From the NCBI GenBank assembly GCA_965208125.1, contig OZ242320.1, positions 768,001 to 832,000 on the forward strand: 64,000 nucleotides of DNA, written 5' to 3'. The stretch is from Candidatus Latescibacterota bacterium (GTDB lineage: Bacteria; Latescibacterota; UBA2968). The notes under the pieces are model-generated. The model worked only from the letters and a program-made list of their open reading frames with translations. It was not told the origin of the DNA and did no database searches. This document shows, piece by piece, positions 1 through 10,499 of the stretch (position 1 is its first letter; each line of letters starts with the position of its first letter). Position numbers and translations under genes: made by a program.

Positions 1-511
1 ATGTTCTGAGTTCATCTGTATGGCTCGGAGAAATCTCGTCGTGTAAGGCATGGCGCTTGAGATGCGACCCCGGGACCACGCGCAAACACCCGTTTTGCGG
101 CATCGTATCGGTCAAATAATACATCAAAAAACACTGAATGGGCTGCGTCGTATAGCTCACTGGATCATCCCAAAAACGACCATCTTCATGCCAGAACAGG
201 GGTGGACTATGCGGCGGCTTGCTGATAATGCGTCCATGTCCAAACTTCGGTTCATCAAACCCGAGCTGTTTCAACGCATTGAGCGCATTGGGATGGGCGA
301 TGAGTTCAGCCATCACCGGATACTGATACGCCATAGCCCAATCGATCATGACCATACTCCCGGTCGTGCGATGCATCTCAAAATGTTCCAGCTCCTGTTC
401 GGAGAGCACATCATCGCTAAAGCGCTGCAATTGATCCACCAGGACAGAATCGAGAATATTCTCAAACACAAAGAACCCATCGCGGGCAAATTGTTCTCGT
501 TTTGTAAACAA
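1..511 (-). CDS. PhyH-family Fe(II)/2OG dioxygenase, 3'-truncated by window edge (missing from the ORF track)
   Basis: Manual minus-strand translation from TTG at 511, with AGGAGG RBS at 517-522: MFTKREQFARDGFFVFENIL...LFWHEDG...MYYLTDT..NGCLRVVPGSH. Has the HxD and PGSH motifs. Confidence 0.85.
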   Translation of the reverse strand, partial: MFTKREQFARDGFFVFENILDSVLVDQLQRFSDDVLSEQELEHFEMHRTTGSMVMIDWAMAYQYPVMAELIAHPNALNALKQLGFDEPKFGHGRIISKPPHSPPLFWHEDGRFWDDPVSYTTQPIQCFLMYYLTDTMPQNGCLRVVPGSHLKRHALHDEISPSHTDELRT

Positions 512-524
512 GGCAAACCTCCTG

Positions 525-1979
525 CTAAATCCCGGGCAATGGAACGCTATCATCTGTCCGTATCTGCCATTGACGAATACGCTCAGTCAGGTCTCTAATA
601 CGATCTCTGCATTTGGGATCGTCGAAATAATTGATAGTTTCACATGGATCGGTATTGAGATCATATAGTTCACACTGATCGTGCGCGCTGAGATTGAGTT
701 TCCAGCGGTCGGCGGAAATAACAGATCGCCAGGGCGTACTCATAGCGGGATTGACCTCAGCCTCACCGGGACGCGGATGTCCATCGCTGCGGTTCCACTG
801 AATAAAAACATCATTCTCCGACAATGTCGCATCGCCATCCAGCACGGACACGCGGCTCTCGCCTTGCAGATGACCGGGAATAGATTCACCCATCAAATCC
901 AGAAGCGTAGGCACGAGATCAATATGTGAAATATTCCCCCCAATCATACGCTGCTGTCTGGACAGCCAGGGCACATGAATGAGAAGCGGCACCTTGACAG
1001 ACTCCTCGTACAAAACAGTCTTGCCCAAAATGCCGTGATCACCCACCATCTCGCCGTGATCGCTGGTAAACACAATAATCGTATTATCCGCCTGCCCACT
1101 CTCCTCAAGCGCAGCGAGAATCTTGCCAACAGAGCGATCAATCAACGTGACATTGCCATAATAGCGCGCGCGAACAGCACGCCAGCCCTCATCTGTGCGA
1201 AGATCGTAACCGTATTCTTCAGACTCCATATAATAAGCGGACAAAACGCGATTGAGAAGAGACGCATTAGCTGGCGGCTTCTGGCGAAACGCGGGACCAA
1301 CGGGAAGTCCTGAAGGATCGTAATAATCGTTTAATGGACCAGTATGCGGTGGATGCGGCTCCAGATAGGAAACGGCGAGCACAAAAGGATCATCGCCACA
1401 TGCGCGTATAAATTCGGCAGCGCGGTCGCCCTGGAAAGACGCCTTGGTAAACGGTTCATCCATACTCGCTTCAACATGGCGGGAAAAAACGTGCTGACCT
1501 TCGGATTCGGAATTGGGTTCAAAACCATTTTCCACGAGAAAGTGATGGTAGTCACTGCGGTATGCATGGCGTTCAGAACTCGAAAAAAAGCGACGATACG
1601 AATCCTCGGTACCAACCCATTCGGAAAAACCGTGCTGCGGAAAAATTTCATCGCCAAGATGCCACTTGCCATTATAACAACAGCGATAATCTGAAGACAC
1701 CATCTCCGCAATGGTTTGCACATCTCGAGGCAATGGCACATTGCACGCTGGCACGCGCGCGGTATGCGGGTAGAGACCACACAACATCGTGGCACGCGAG
1801 GGACTACACACGGGCTGGCTGACATAGGCATTCTCAAAGACAAAACTCTTATCCGCAAGCGCATTGAGATATGGCGTATCAATATGATCATTGCCATAAC
1901 ACCGCATCGTATCCGCGCGCTGTTGATCGGTAAAAATAAATAACAAATTCGGTTTTCTAAGAAATGAGTTCATCATCAA
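525..1979 (-). CDS. Sulfatase (Cys-type, S1 family)
   Basis: KPNLLFIFTDQQR N-terminus, CSPSR formylglycine motif, GKWHLG, FTSDHG. No signal peptide. Confidence 0.93.
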   Translation of the reverse strand: MMMNSFLRKPNLLFIFTDQQRADTMRCYGNDHIDTPYLNALADKSFVFENAYVSQPVCSPSRATMLCGLYPHTARVPACNVPLPRDVQTIAEMVSSDYRCCYNGKWHLGDEIFPQHGFSEWVGTEDSYRRFFSSSERHAYRSDYHHFLVENGFEPNSESEGQHVFSRHVEASMDEPFTKASFQGDRAAEFIRACGDDPFVLAVSYLEPHPPHTGPLNDYYDPSGLPVGPAFRQKPPANASLLNRVLSAYYMESEEYGYDLRTDEGWRAVRARYYGNVTLIDRSVGKILAALEESGQADNTIIVFTSDHGEMVGDHGILGKTVLYEESVKVPLLIHVPWLSRQQRMIGGNISHIDLVPTLLDLMGESIPGHLQGESRVSVLDGDATLSENDVFIQWNRSDGHPRPGEAEVNPAMSTPWRSVISADRWKLNLSAHDQCELYDLNTDPCETINYFDDPKCRDRIRDLTERIRQWQIRTDDSVPLPGI

Positions 1980-1984
1980 ACCTC

Positions 1985-2009
1985 CAGCAATCAGCGGTCA
2001 GCACTCAGC
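1985..2009. repeat. Heptamer tandem repeat (CAGCNNT)x3+
   Basis: cagcaat cagcggt cagcact cagc. The related agcggtcagcaat occurs at 60211. Confidence 0.55.
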
Positions 2010-2041
2010 CCGCTCTACTCCCAATTCTCAATTTTTAATTT

Positions 2042-3259
2042 TTAATTCGTCAACCGCCACTGCGACCTGGGAATCACAACAGCGAGAACAGCGAGAACGA
2101 TACACCCCGCAATGGCAAAGACCGCGCAGTGCAAAAGCGTATGCGACAGCGCAACATCTGGACCTTCTGAAACACCGGCGAGAAGAGCAAGACAAAGAGA
2201 AAATGACAAACGCCCAATCAGACTCTGGATCGAAAGATACGTCGCGCGATGGTGTTGTTGCAAACGCGGAACGGTCGCCGCATTGAGAGGCGCAATCATA
2301 AGCGCGCGCGGCACAGATCGGAAAGCCAACAAAAGCGCAACAACAGGATGAAAAAAGACCCCCATCATTGCAATGAGAACAACCTGCACCCCTGCACTGA
2401 GCATAAGAGCTGACCGGGTGCCGAAATGATCGCGCAGGCGAATACTCTGTTTTGCAAACCACGCGGCAATACCCATCGTCAGCGCCGTGTGTAAACCCGT
2501 AAGCAACGGGGTGGAAGCCTGGGCACCGAGCAACTGGATATAGGGTTGATAAAATTCATAGGGAATATGGTTGATAACCGTCATAAAAACGGAAAACAAC
2601 ATCAACCACCCGAGCACGGGTTGGCCGAGATAAGCGAGACAGGCGCGAATCTGCGAAAAAAATCCCGAAGTCTGTCCTCCAGAAGCAGCATTGGACTCCC
2701 GGTCGGGTTCGGCAAATAACAAAACCAGCACAAAAGCCACACACGCCGTTAAAAAAGAAAAACCATAAGCGACGCGCAAAGCATAGATGGATCCTAATCC
2801 CCCCAGAAGCGCGGCACCTGCTGAAGCAATAAAAACATTCCGCGTAATGCGCGCTTCGCGCTGGGGATAGGCGTCTTCTCGCCCCAAACATTTGAGCAGA
2901 TCGTAGTGAAACGACGTATCCGTGCCAGATCGAAAGGCCATACTTGCAGCCAGCCCAATTTGCGCCAGCGCAAAAACGCCAAAAGACCCACCTGAAAAAA
3001 ACAGAGCATACGCAAAGATCGCTGAAACGGCAGAGATCAGAAGGGTCAGACGACGACCCAGGGTATCGGATAAATACCCGGAGGGCACTTCGAGAATAAC
3101 AACGGCGGCATAATAAATAGCTTCGAGACGCAGCACCTGCTCAATGGGCATGTGCTGGTTAAAATAGAGAAAAAAGACGGGCAACCAGAAATACGCCTGC
3201 GTTAAGGGGGCATAAATCGGATACAATCTAACGCTGCGGGTGAGTCCAGAATGTGACAT
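2042..3259 (-). CDS. MFS transporter
   Basis: About 12 hydrophobic segments. Motif-A-like EVPSGYLSDTLGRR. Start could be 3259 or 3265. Confidence 0.88.
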   Translation of the reverse strand: MSHSGLTRSVRLYPIYAPLTQAYFWLPVFFLYFNQHMPIEQVLRLEAIYYAAVVILEVPSGYLSDTLGRRLTLLISAVSAIFAYALFFSGGSFGVFALAQIGLAASMAFRSGTDTSFHYDLLKCLGREDAYPQREARITRNVFIASAGAALLGGLGSIYALRVAYGFSFLTACVAFVLVLLFAEPDRESNAASGGQTSGFFSQIRACLAYLGQPVLGWLMLFSVFMTVINHIPYEFYQPYIQLLGAQASTPLLTGLHTALTMGIAAWFAKQSIRLRDHFGTRSALMLSAGVQVVLIAMMGVFFHPVVALLLAFRSVPRALMIAPLNAATVPRLQQHHRATYLSIQSLIGRLSFSLCLALLAGVSEGPDVALSHTLLHCAVFAIAGCIVLAVLAVVIPRSQWRLTN

Positions 3260-3298
3260 CGTCAATTGTCAAAAGCCATCCGCTCTGCGGATGATCGT

Positions 3299-3643
3299 TT
3301 ACTCATGCCTGAAACTGACCATAGCGCGGTTCACCGTTCTGAACGTTTGGAAGGCCGAAGCCAGAGACGTAACCATAAGAATGCTCTCGATTCTTCTGGT
3401 AATACCCACCAGACGCAAATCGCCACCTGCTGCCTTAACAGTCGCCAGAGATGCGGTGAGAACCCCGAGCATCGCACTGCCAAACCATCTGACAGCAGAA
3501 AAATCGACAATCACGCGATTGGTGCCACTTGCAACGAGTTGTTTGATGTGGTCGTGAAACGGCATAACATCAGGACCGTCCATCAGTTCACCTGTAAGGG
3601 TAATAATCGCGATATCGTCCTTGATTTCTTCCCTTAGATTCAT
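3299..3643 (-). CDS. STAS-domain anti-sigma-factor antagonist
   Basis: IITLTGEL...VIVDFSAVRWFGSAMLGVL...GGDLRL (SpoIIAA-like, conserved Ser). AAGGAAG RBS before ATG 3643. Confidence 0.88.
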   Translation of the reverse strand: MNLREEIKDDIAIITLTGELMDGPDVMPFHDHIKQLVASGTNRVIVDFSAVRWFGSAMLGVLTASLATVKAAGGDLRLVGITRRIESILMVTSLASAFQTFRTVNRAMVSFRHE

Positions 3644-3772
3644 AGCTACTTCCTTTGTTGAATGAGATTGGATATTCTTTGAATGCGATAACATAAGCCT
3701 CTTGCACCGATTTTACAACTATTTCTTAATCTACAAAAGGGACTGGCATGGAATTTGCAAGAGGAAAATATA

Positions 3773-3811
3773 ACAAAAAACGGGACACCTGAATCTGGTC
3801 CCGTTTTTTGC
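3773..3811 (-). terminator. Intrinsic terminator (likely bidirectional)
   Basis: caaaaaacggga-cacctgaatctgg-tcccgttttttg inverted repeat immediately after the 3815 stop codon. Confidence 0.7.
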
Positions 3812-3814
3812 TTT

Positions 3815-4927
3815 TTAAGTCATCGGATCTCGTTTGAGCAAAGGCAGGGAATTGGGTGTGACGAGCACACCTCCATTTTCATAGGATTCAATCGCCGCCC
3901 ACGTGTATTCGAGGGCAGCGAGCGCATCGTGACCCGAAGCGCGGAGTTCTTCTCTGGGCACACCGTTGGTGACATCCTCGAGAAAAGCGTGGATGCGATT
4001 GGGAAAAGTGGAGCCAAAGTCAGTAATCCCCGTATCATCGACAATGGGATCGGGTGCGGCACCGTGCGACATATTCTCCGGCATAGGTGCTGTGCCAGGC
4101 GCGGGCCAAAAAGTGATTTTTTCAACGCAATTTTCAATACAAAAAGTCCCGCGCGTACCCGCCACTTCGACACTCCACCAGCCGCCCAGACCAAAAGTGA
4201 CATCGCCGCGCTGGCTCAGCAAATAACCCATCGCGCCGCTTTCAAAACGCACGTGAATGCTGTTGAGAGAAATCATGAGATCGCCCGCTTGCTTGCGAAA
4301 ACTGGGGCGGTCAAAAAATGCCTGCACATGCGTGATATTGCCGCAAAAATCGCGCATCACGCTGAAAGGATGTGTGAGAAAAGCCTTGACGTGAAAATAG
4401 GGATGTCCCCACGATTTAGGTCCTTTGCTCGGCTTATAAGTCGCTTCGCCGCCTGCAAAACCCATCTTGTGAATACAGTAAATCTGTTCGCCCACTTTGC
4501 CTTCTGCGATATATTCCCGCGCCTTGTCCGCAGGTTGAGAAAAATAATGGTTGAGATTGCAGCCGAGGTACAGATTTTGTTCTGCGGCATAAGCGACCAT
4601 ATCGCGGGCTTCATCAATATCGTTGGACAGGGGTTTTTCACACAAAACGTGCTTGCCAGCGGCGAGAACCTCCATCGTCGGTTCATAGTGCCAACTGCCA
4701 TTCTCATTTCCCCCAGTAGTAACATCGACAATATCCAGGTCTTCATTCTCCAACATATCTTTGAGACTATAATAAGCCCTGACCCCGTGTCTTTCCGCAG
4801 CCTTATCCGCGGACTCTTTGACAACATCACACACCGCAACGAGATCTGCAAGATCGTCTTCTGCATGACAGCCTGCATGCCGATTGCCAACACCACCCAT
4901 ACCAACAACGCCAACTTTAAGTGCCAT
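3815..4927 (-). CDS. Gfo/Idh/MocA-family oxidoreductase
   Basis: MALKVGVVGMGGVG Rossmann motif and AGKHVLCEKP. True start is ATG 4927; the upstream extension in the ORF track overlaps the next gene. Confidence 0.92.
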   Translation of the reverse strand: MALKVGVVGMGGVGNRHAGCHAEDDLADLVAVCDVVKESADKAAERHGVRAYYSLKDMLENEDLDIVDVTTGGNENGSWHYEPTMEVLAAGKHVLCEKPLSNDIDEARDMVAYAAEQNLYLGCNLNHYFSQPADKAREYIAEGKVGEQIYCIHKMGFAGGEATYKPSKGPKSWGHPYFHVKAFLTHPFSVMRDFCGNITHVQAFFDRPSFRKQAGDLMISLNSIHVRFESGAMGYLLSQRGDVTFGLGGWWSVEVAGTRGTFCIENCVEKITFWPAPGTAPMPENMSHGAAPDPIVDDTGITDFGSTFPNRIHAFLEDVTNGVPREELRASGHDALAALEYTWAAIESYENGGVLVTPNSLPLLKRDPMT

Positions 4928-4982
4928 AAAACTATCTCCAAAAAGAGGTGAAAAAACCAAACGCGAATCGCGTAATCTAAAT

Positions 4983-6161
4983 CTAAAGTATCCCGCACTC
5001 AAACCGCTTGAGCACCTCGCCCAGACCAGCCAGCGGCACAACCTCACCATCTCGTCGAGATTGCCGGTCTGCACCCCCATAGACGACCACTTTACCGGAA
5101 ATTTGCGGCAACACCTTTGCAATTCGGTTGAGCGCGTTAAAATAATCAGAGGCAATTGTAGCACCGGACTTGATCTCAATAGCACAAAGACCATTGCCAT
5201 TCTCATACAGAAGATCGCACTCCAACCCCCGGGCGTCTCGAAAAAAAGACAAATTGGACCGGTAGCCTCGATTGAAACGGTGCTTGAGAGTCTCCACCAC
5301 AACTGCATTTTCAAACAGCGCCCCGCGGAGCGGATGGGTGGCAATCTGCCCGGCATGCTCAATGCCTATAAGATAGCTCGCCAACCCGACATCGTAGAAG
5401 TACAGCTTGGGAGACTTGACCAGCCGCTTGCGAATATTGGCGTAAAACGGCGGAAGTTGAAAAACCACATAGCTCGCTTCCAGGACCGTTAGCCAGTGTC
5501 GCGCCGTAGTGTGAGAAACGCCAGCGTCTGCACCCAGAGCCGAGAGATTGGCCAGTTGCCCCACGCGCCCGGCACACAAGCGAATGAAACGACGAAAACT
5601 GGAAAGATTGCGAATCTCCCCAATCTGGCGCACATCGCGCTCGACGTAAGTCTCGAAATAGTCGCCAAGAGCTTGACGCGGTTCCAGTTTCTGATCGTGA
5701 ATGCGGGGATAAAAACCAGAGTACAGGATATCATCTACGCTTTCGCTCGCGCCGGATCCTCGGCGTTCTGCAAGTGAGAAAGGCAACAGGCGAAGCAGTG
5801 CTGTGCGCCCTGCCAGGGACTGGTTAATGGCATCGGAGAGCCTGAACTGCTCGCTGCCCGTGAGTACGAAAAGGCTATTTCTGCGCTGTTCATCGGCAAG
5901 TACCTGCAAATAGGACAAAAGCTCTGGCACGCGCTGGATTTCGTCCAAAATGGCACCCTCGCCGATATGAGAGAGAAAGCCTCTGGGATCGGACTCGGCA
6001 AATTCCCGCTGATCGGGTGCTTCCAGGTTGACATACTTCAGATGCGGAAAAGCTACGCGACAAAGGGTGGTCTTGCCGGACTGCCGCGGTCCAGTCACAG
6101 TGACAAACGGATATTTTTCGAAAAGTTCGACCAGACAGGGTGTAATCTCGCGCTTAATCAT
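4983..6161 (-). CDS. AAA+ ATPase with DUF4143 domain (AAA_14 + DUF4143)
   Basis: Walker A GPRQSGKTT, Walker B ILDEIQ, LTGS, KSPKLYFYDVG, C-terminal ECD..IEIK nuclease-like motif. Confidence 0.9.
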   Translation of the reverse strand: MIKREITPCLVELFEKYPFVTVTGPRQSGKTTLCRVAFPHLKYVNLEAPDQREFAESDPRGFLSHIGEGAILDEIQRVPELLSYLQVLADEQRRNSLFVLTGSEQFRLSDAINQSLAGRTALLRLLPFSLAERRGSGASESVDDILYSGFYPRIHDQKLEPRQALGDYFETYVERDVRQIGEIRNLSSFRRFIRLCAGRVGQLANLSALGADAGVSHTTARHWLTVLEASYVVFQLPPFYANIRKRLVKSPKLYFYDVGLASYLIGIEHAGQIATHPLRGALFENAVVVETLKHRFNRGYRSNLSFFRDARGLECDLLYENGNGLCAIEIKSGATIASDYFNALNRIAKVLPQISGKVVVYGGADRQSRRDGEVVPLAGLGEVLKRFECGIL

Positions 6162-6226
6162 AGCACCTAAAATAACCGAAGATGTAACAATATGCAACTT
6201 AAACTTTCAAATTTACCCCACTTTCT

Positions 6227-7966
6227 CTATGCCGCGCTGGCCTTGCTCCGAATCTCCGTCAGATGAAAAGGTGTTGCCGCCCTTCCACCCCCGGGCAGGC
6301 CAAGGGGCAATCTCACATCCAGCAAAAAGGGGCGTTCCTCGCCCTCCACCACATCCAGTCCCCGCGCAATAGCACCATCCAGATCCGATTCTTCATCGAC
6401 CTGCACCCCCTCCACACCAAACCCCTCTGCAATTTTCACCGGATCAATCCCATCCAGAACCACGCCCGGGTATTCTCCCGTCTCCTTCATCACACCGCCC
6501 GCCCGCTCAAAATTGGTCGCCACAATCCCATAAGACCGATTATTTGGAATCACAAAAAGCACTGGAATCTGGTGGTGGGCAGCCGTCCAAAGCCCGGAAT
6601 CGGCATAATACATTGACCCATCGCCTACCAGCCCAACCACGGGCTTGTGCGGCACCGCCAGTTTCAACCCAATCGTACCACCAATCCCATAACCCTCCGA
6701 TCCCCCAGCCGCCCGGATATAGGCATTGCGCCCCGCGCCATACGCATCTCCTCGACTATCTATTGGCAGGGCGTATTGCTCGACCATCATCAAACCACCA
6801 CCCAACCTCTCCAGCCCCCGATCGATTGCATCTACCAGCACATAGGGTCTCACTTGCCCGGCCTCCTGCGCCACGCGCTTTGCCGCCGCTTTTCGCTTTG
6901 CGTGAAGAGAAGCAGCGTGCATCTCGGCGCGGGCGAGACGCTCGGCAAAAGACACCTGAGACGAAGCGCGCTCAATACATTCAAGCGTCCTGAACTCATC
7001 TGCTAAAATCGCGAGATCCAGCCCCGGAAGATTCGTAAAATTCTCGACATCTGGCCCAATCCCAATCAGGCGTTGCGCACCCGACAACACATTAAAATCC
7101 TGGGGTTTCCCGCGACCATTGTGGCGCACGCCAATGCACACAATCAGATCGGGTGACACCTCGGCAACAGCCTCTGCGATCCGCCCACAGTGCAAGCTGT
7201 GGCTTCGCGGAGTCCTGCGCATCTCGGTCCATGTACCCGCAATCGGACATCCATACTGCTCTGCCAGCGCCGTAATTCGCGCCTCTGCCCCACTCTTCCA
7301 AATACCGTCCCCAACATAAAACAGCGGACGCTGGGCATCGGACAGCGCGCGAATAACGGCTTCGACATCCTCATCTGCCGGATAACCCGCCCGCACCGAC
7401 TGAATCTCCCCCTCAATAATCTCTGTACTCACCATATCATTTCCGAGCAACCGATCGTAAACAGCGAGATGAACCGGACCGACCGGCGGTGTTTTGGCAA
7501 CGCGCAGCGCGCGCTCAATCGCCTGGGGCAAGCCATCCGATTCAATCACCGTCCAGCTCGCCTTGGTAAAAGGCTCCGCAATCGAAGTTGGACCCACATT
7601 ATGCGTCAAATCCAGACCCACCCGGTCTCCATAACTCCCCGTATCTCCCGCAAACGTGAGCACCACCACGGGCAGGCTTCCACTCCAAACATTGATCAAC
7701 TGCCCCAAACACTGCGCCAACCCAGCACCCAGATGGACGACCATCACAGCCGGATCGAGATTCCCCTGCGTATATCCCCCCGCCATCGCAGCCACACTAC
7801 CCTCGTGAAGTGCCAGAATACCGTTAACATTGGGATTTATGTGGAGCGCGTCAAAAAAAAGAGCCTCCCGAGAGCCAGAGTTGTTAAACACATACTGCAC
7901 ACCCAGCGCGGCGAGTTGCTCGACAATAATTTGGGATGGGGTTGCGGTAACTGATCTCTTTTTCAT
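6227..7966 (-). CDS. Thiamine-pyrophosphate-dependent enzyme (benzoylformate decarboxylase/ALS-like)
   Basis: ALHEGSVAAMAGGY (catalytic Glu), GPVHL, ThDP motif GDGS...NN. Confidence 0.88.
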   Translation of the reverse strand: MKKRSVTATPSQIIVEQLAALGVQYVFNNSGSREALFFDALHINPNVNGILALHEGSVAAMAGGYTQGNLDPAVMVVHLGAGLAQCLGQLINVWSGSLPVVVLTFAGDTGSYGDRVGLDLTHNVGPTSIAEPFTKASWTVIESDGLPQAIERALRVAKTPPVGPVHLAVYDRLLGNDMVSTEIIEGEIQSVRAGYPADEDVEAVIRALSDAQRPLFYVGDGIWKSGAEARITALAEQYGCPIAGTWTEMRRTPRSHSLHCGRIAEAVAEVSPDLIVCIGVRHNGRGKPQDFNVLSGAQRLIGIGPDVENFTNLPGLDLAILADEFRTLECIERASSQVSFAERLARAEMHAASLHAKRKAAAKRVAQEAGQVRPYVLVDAIDRGLERLGGGLMMVEQYALPIDSRGDAYGAGRNAYIRAAGGSEGYGIGGTIGLKLAVPHKPVVGLVGDGSMYYADSGLWTAAHHQIPVLFVIPNNRSYGIVATNFERAGGVMKETGEYPGVVLDGIDPVKIAEGFGVEGVQVDEESDLDGAIARGLDVVEGEERPFLLDVRLPLGLPGGGRAATPFHLTEIRSKASAA

Positions 7967-8151
7967 AACCCCTCACCTCCTTGGCTATTTGTCCTGAAAA
8001 AAAACCATCGTGAAGTATGATAACCCGTCGCCCAGAACAGCACAAGCAATACCAGAACAGGTGTAATTTCCTTTGTCGCGCTCGGGAGGCACTTTATATT
8101 GCTGCGGCAAAACCAATTATATCTTCAGAGTTTTATTAACAGGAGACCACA

Positions 8152-9234
8152 ATGAAAATCACAGATATCAAAATGACAGTTGTAAAACAACGCCTGGAAA
8201 AACCATTCTGGAACTCGATTGTCACCACGCGCTCCAAGTCTCGCGCCAGATTGGAAATCTATACAAATGAGGGCCTCACAGGCATGACCATGTGTTCGGG
8301 ATCTGTGCGGACAAAACTGAACACCTTAAAAGAAAAATTGATCGGTGAAGACCCCATGCGAATCGCGTACTTATGGGAAAAACTATTCATGGGCGGCACG
8401 CGCAAACCCATAGCCAAAGGCGAATACATCAACGCCATCAGCGCAGCCGACAATGCCCTCTGGGACTTAAAGGGCAAAGCACTCAGTCAACCCGTGTGGA
8501 AATTGCTCGGCGGCGTACAAAACAAACTGTGGGCCTATGCCGCGGGTGGATATTACGAAGAAGGCAAGGGCATACCAGAACTCTGCGAGGAAATGACAAC
8601 CTATGTAAGCCAGGGATTTCAAGCGGTAAAAATGAAAGTGGGATGGCCCGGCGTCACATTGAAAGAAGACGCAGAACGAGTCCGCGCCGTACGCAAAGCC
8701 ATAGGCGACGACATCGCCCTGATGATCGACGCGAACAATGCCTGGGACGCGCATACCGCAATTCGATTCGGACGCATGATCGAACCCTATGACCCCTACT
8801 GGTATGAAGAACCCGTGCGCCCGGATGATCTCGAAGGCTCTGCACTCGTCGCCGAGGCACTGGACTATCCCGTTGCCAGTGGAGAAAACGAAGCCACGCG
8901 CTGGGGATTTCGCGACCTGATCGAACGCGGCGGTGTACGCATCGTCCAGGCCGACCCAAACAACTGCGGCGGAATCAGCGAATGGATGAAAATTGCGGCC
9001 ATAGCCAGCGCCCATCACCTGCAAATGGCCCCGCATGGACAGGGAGCCCTGGGTTGCGTCTTAGTCGCCGCGGTAGATAATGGACTGGTAGTGGAAAATT
9101 ACCTGCGAAACTTCAGCACAGATATGGTAGGCGATTTAGAATTTAAAGACGGGCATGTCATTATGAACGACGCACCCGGTCTCGGCATCGAATGGAATGA
9201 AGACCTGATCGAAAAGTATGGAGAAAAGTATTAA
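8152..9234 (+). CDS. Mandelate racemase/muconate lactonizing enzyme family
   Basis: ALWDLKGK, KMK motif, metal ligands DAN / EEP / GEN, APH. Confidence 0.92.
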   Translation: MKITDIKMTVVKQRLEKPFWNSIVTTRSKSRARLEIYTNEGLTGMTMCSGSVRTKLNTLKEKLIGEDPMRIAYLWEKLFMGGTRKPIAKGEYINAISAADNALWDLKGKALSQPVWKLLGGVQNKLWAYAAGGYYEEGKGIPELCEEMTTYVSQGFQAVKMKVGWPGVTLKEDAERVRAVRKAIGDDIALMIDANNAWDAHTAIRFGRMIEPYDPYWYEEPVRPDDLEGSALVAEALDYPVASGENEATRWGFRDLIERGGVRIVQADPNNCGGISEWMKIAAIASAHHLQMAPHGQGALGCVLVAAVDNGLVVENYLRNFSTDMVGDLEFKDGHVIMNDAPGLGIEWNEDLIEKYGEKY

Positions 9235-9241
9235 AGGATGT

Positions 9242-10045
9242 TCAACCTGCAATCACTGCCCGCAGGTGGGCAACCGCCAGCCGGATCACCTCAGTATCGT
9301 CGCACGCATTCAAATCCTTGCCTTCAAAGACCACCGAGACAACCCCGTTGAAGTCCACATCCTTCAGGATCTGAATAATCCGCGGATAATCCAGCCACGT
9401 CTCCTCCCCCGTATCGATCTTGTAAAACTTGGCCCGAACATGGGACGTATATGGTGCTGTCTGTTCCATAAACGCGTAGATATCCACCTCCGGATCCGGC
9501 ACCCCCTGGTTCCGCGCGGGCGATCCGACCCACTGTCCGGTATCCATAATAAGCGTAAAATTTTCCCGGTCTGTCTGTTCCAGAATCCGCAGCACATCTT
9601 CCCCCGTAGAAGGATGGTTCTGTAGCCCTACAGCAATCCCCTTCTCTGCGGCATAATCGGCCGCTTCCCGAAAACACCGGATTTCCCGCCTCTGCGCTTC
9701 GGCATCTTCCAGCGGAGGCCCGCAAAACAGCCGGATCATAGGCGCACCTATAAACGCCGCCGTATCCACATCTGCTCTGACCTGAGCCAGTTTCTCAGCC
9801 AGATCCGCATCGGACCCCACAAAATGCCCACCCGAAGCCAGGTACCCGATTGACAGCCCATATTGGAGACACTGCATCTTCACCTCGAGCAAGTACGCCG
9901 GCTGCTTCGACTGGAATCCGCGTCCGCTGTGGAAATCGATCACATCCAGCTTCAATTGGTACGCCAGTTGGATATAGCTCTCCACACTCTCCAGGCGGGG
10001 CGGATCATCCTTCCCGAACATCGAAGCGTAAACACCCACTTTCAT
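9242..10045 (-). CDS. Sugar phosphate isomerase/epimerase (AP_endonuc_2 TIM barrel)
   Basis: GAPMIRLF, LQNH, DTG, HVRAK, VFEG pattern. Confidence 0.8.
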   Translation of the reverse strand: MKVGVYASMFGKDDPPRLESVESYIQLAYQLKLDVIDFHSGRGFQSKQPAYLLEVKMQCLQYGLSIGYLASGGHFVGSDADLAEKLAQVRADVDTAAFIGAPMIRLFCGPPLEDAEAQRREIRCFREAADYAAEKGIAVGLQNHPSTGEDVLRILEQTDRENFTLIMDTGQWVGSPARNQGVPDPEVDIYAFMEQTAPYTSHVRAKFYKIDTGEETWLDYPRIIQILKDVDFNGVVSVVFEGKDLNACDDTEVIRLAVAHLRAVIAG

Positions 10046-10060
10046 AGCAAACCTCTCAAT

Positions 10061-10438
10061 TCAGACGTGATCGGATTCGCGCCGAAACAATTGCAGGAGC
10101 ACGTCATTCGGCCCATTGAAAAAGCTCAACCGGATGTCGGCTCCTTCGGCATCGAAAGGCTCCACGGCAATGTCCACGCCCTTGTCCTCGAGTTCCCGGG
10201 CGCTGTCGTCAACACTGTCAACCTTAAAGGATATGTGGTGAAAGCCCACTTCTGCGTCCATGGTCTTTTGGGGCATCAGTTCCAGAATGATATCTCCGGC
10301 CTGCAAAAAGACGAAATCCTCGTCATCCTCGTTGTGAAAGCGGTCAATTTCCACCAGGCCCAGAGTCCGGGTATAAAATCGCACGGCGCCTTCGATATCG
10401 TCGCTGACCAGGGCAATTTTGTGGATATTGTCGATCAT
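10061..10438 (-). CDS. VOC/glyoxalase family protein
   Basis: FYTRTLGL, LELM, GFHHISFKVD, FFNGPND. Confidence 0.85.
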   Translation of the reverse strand: MIDNIHKIALVSDDIEGAVRFYTRTLGLVEIDRFHNEDDEDFVFLQAGDIILELMPQKTMDAEVGFHHISFKVDSVDDSARELEDKGVDIAVEPFDAEGADIRLSFFNGPNDVLLQLFRRESDHV

Positions 10439-10499
10439 GTCCTTCTCCTGTCGTTAGGATCGAAAAACCCTCAATCTTATTTTAACCACACATGCTGCT

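Noticed and set aside
50-598. 182-aa plus-strand ORF
   Set aside because: Antisense shadow of a clear minus-strand PhyH gene (1..511).
3755-4951. Long antisense ORFs here and at 50003-51388, 51701-53032, 53549-54745 and 61059-62081
   Set aside because: They mirror well-supported minus-strand genes, lack motifs, and are expected from codon bias.
4928-5362. N-terminal extension of the Gfo/Idh/MocA ORF
   Set aside because: Overlaps the AAA ATPase gene; the Rossmann motif and RBS place the start at 4927.
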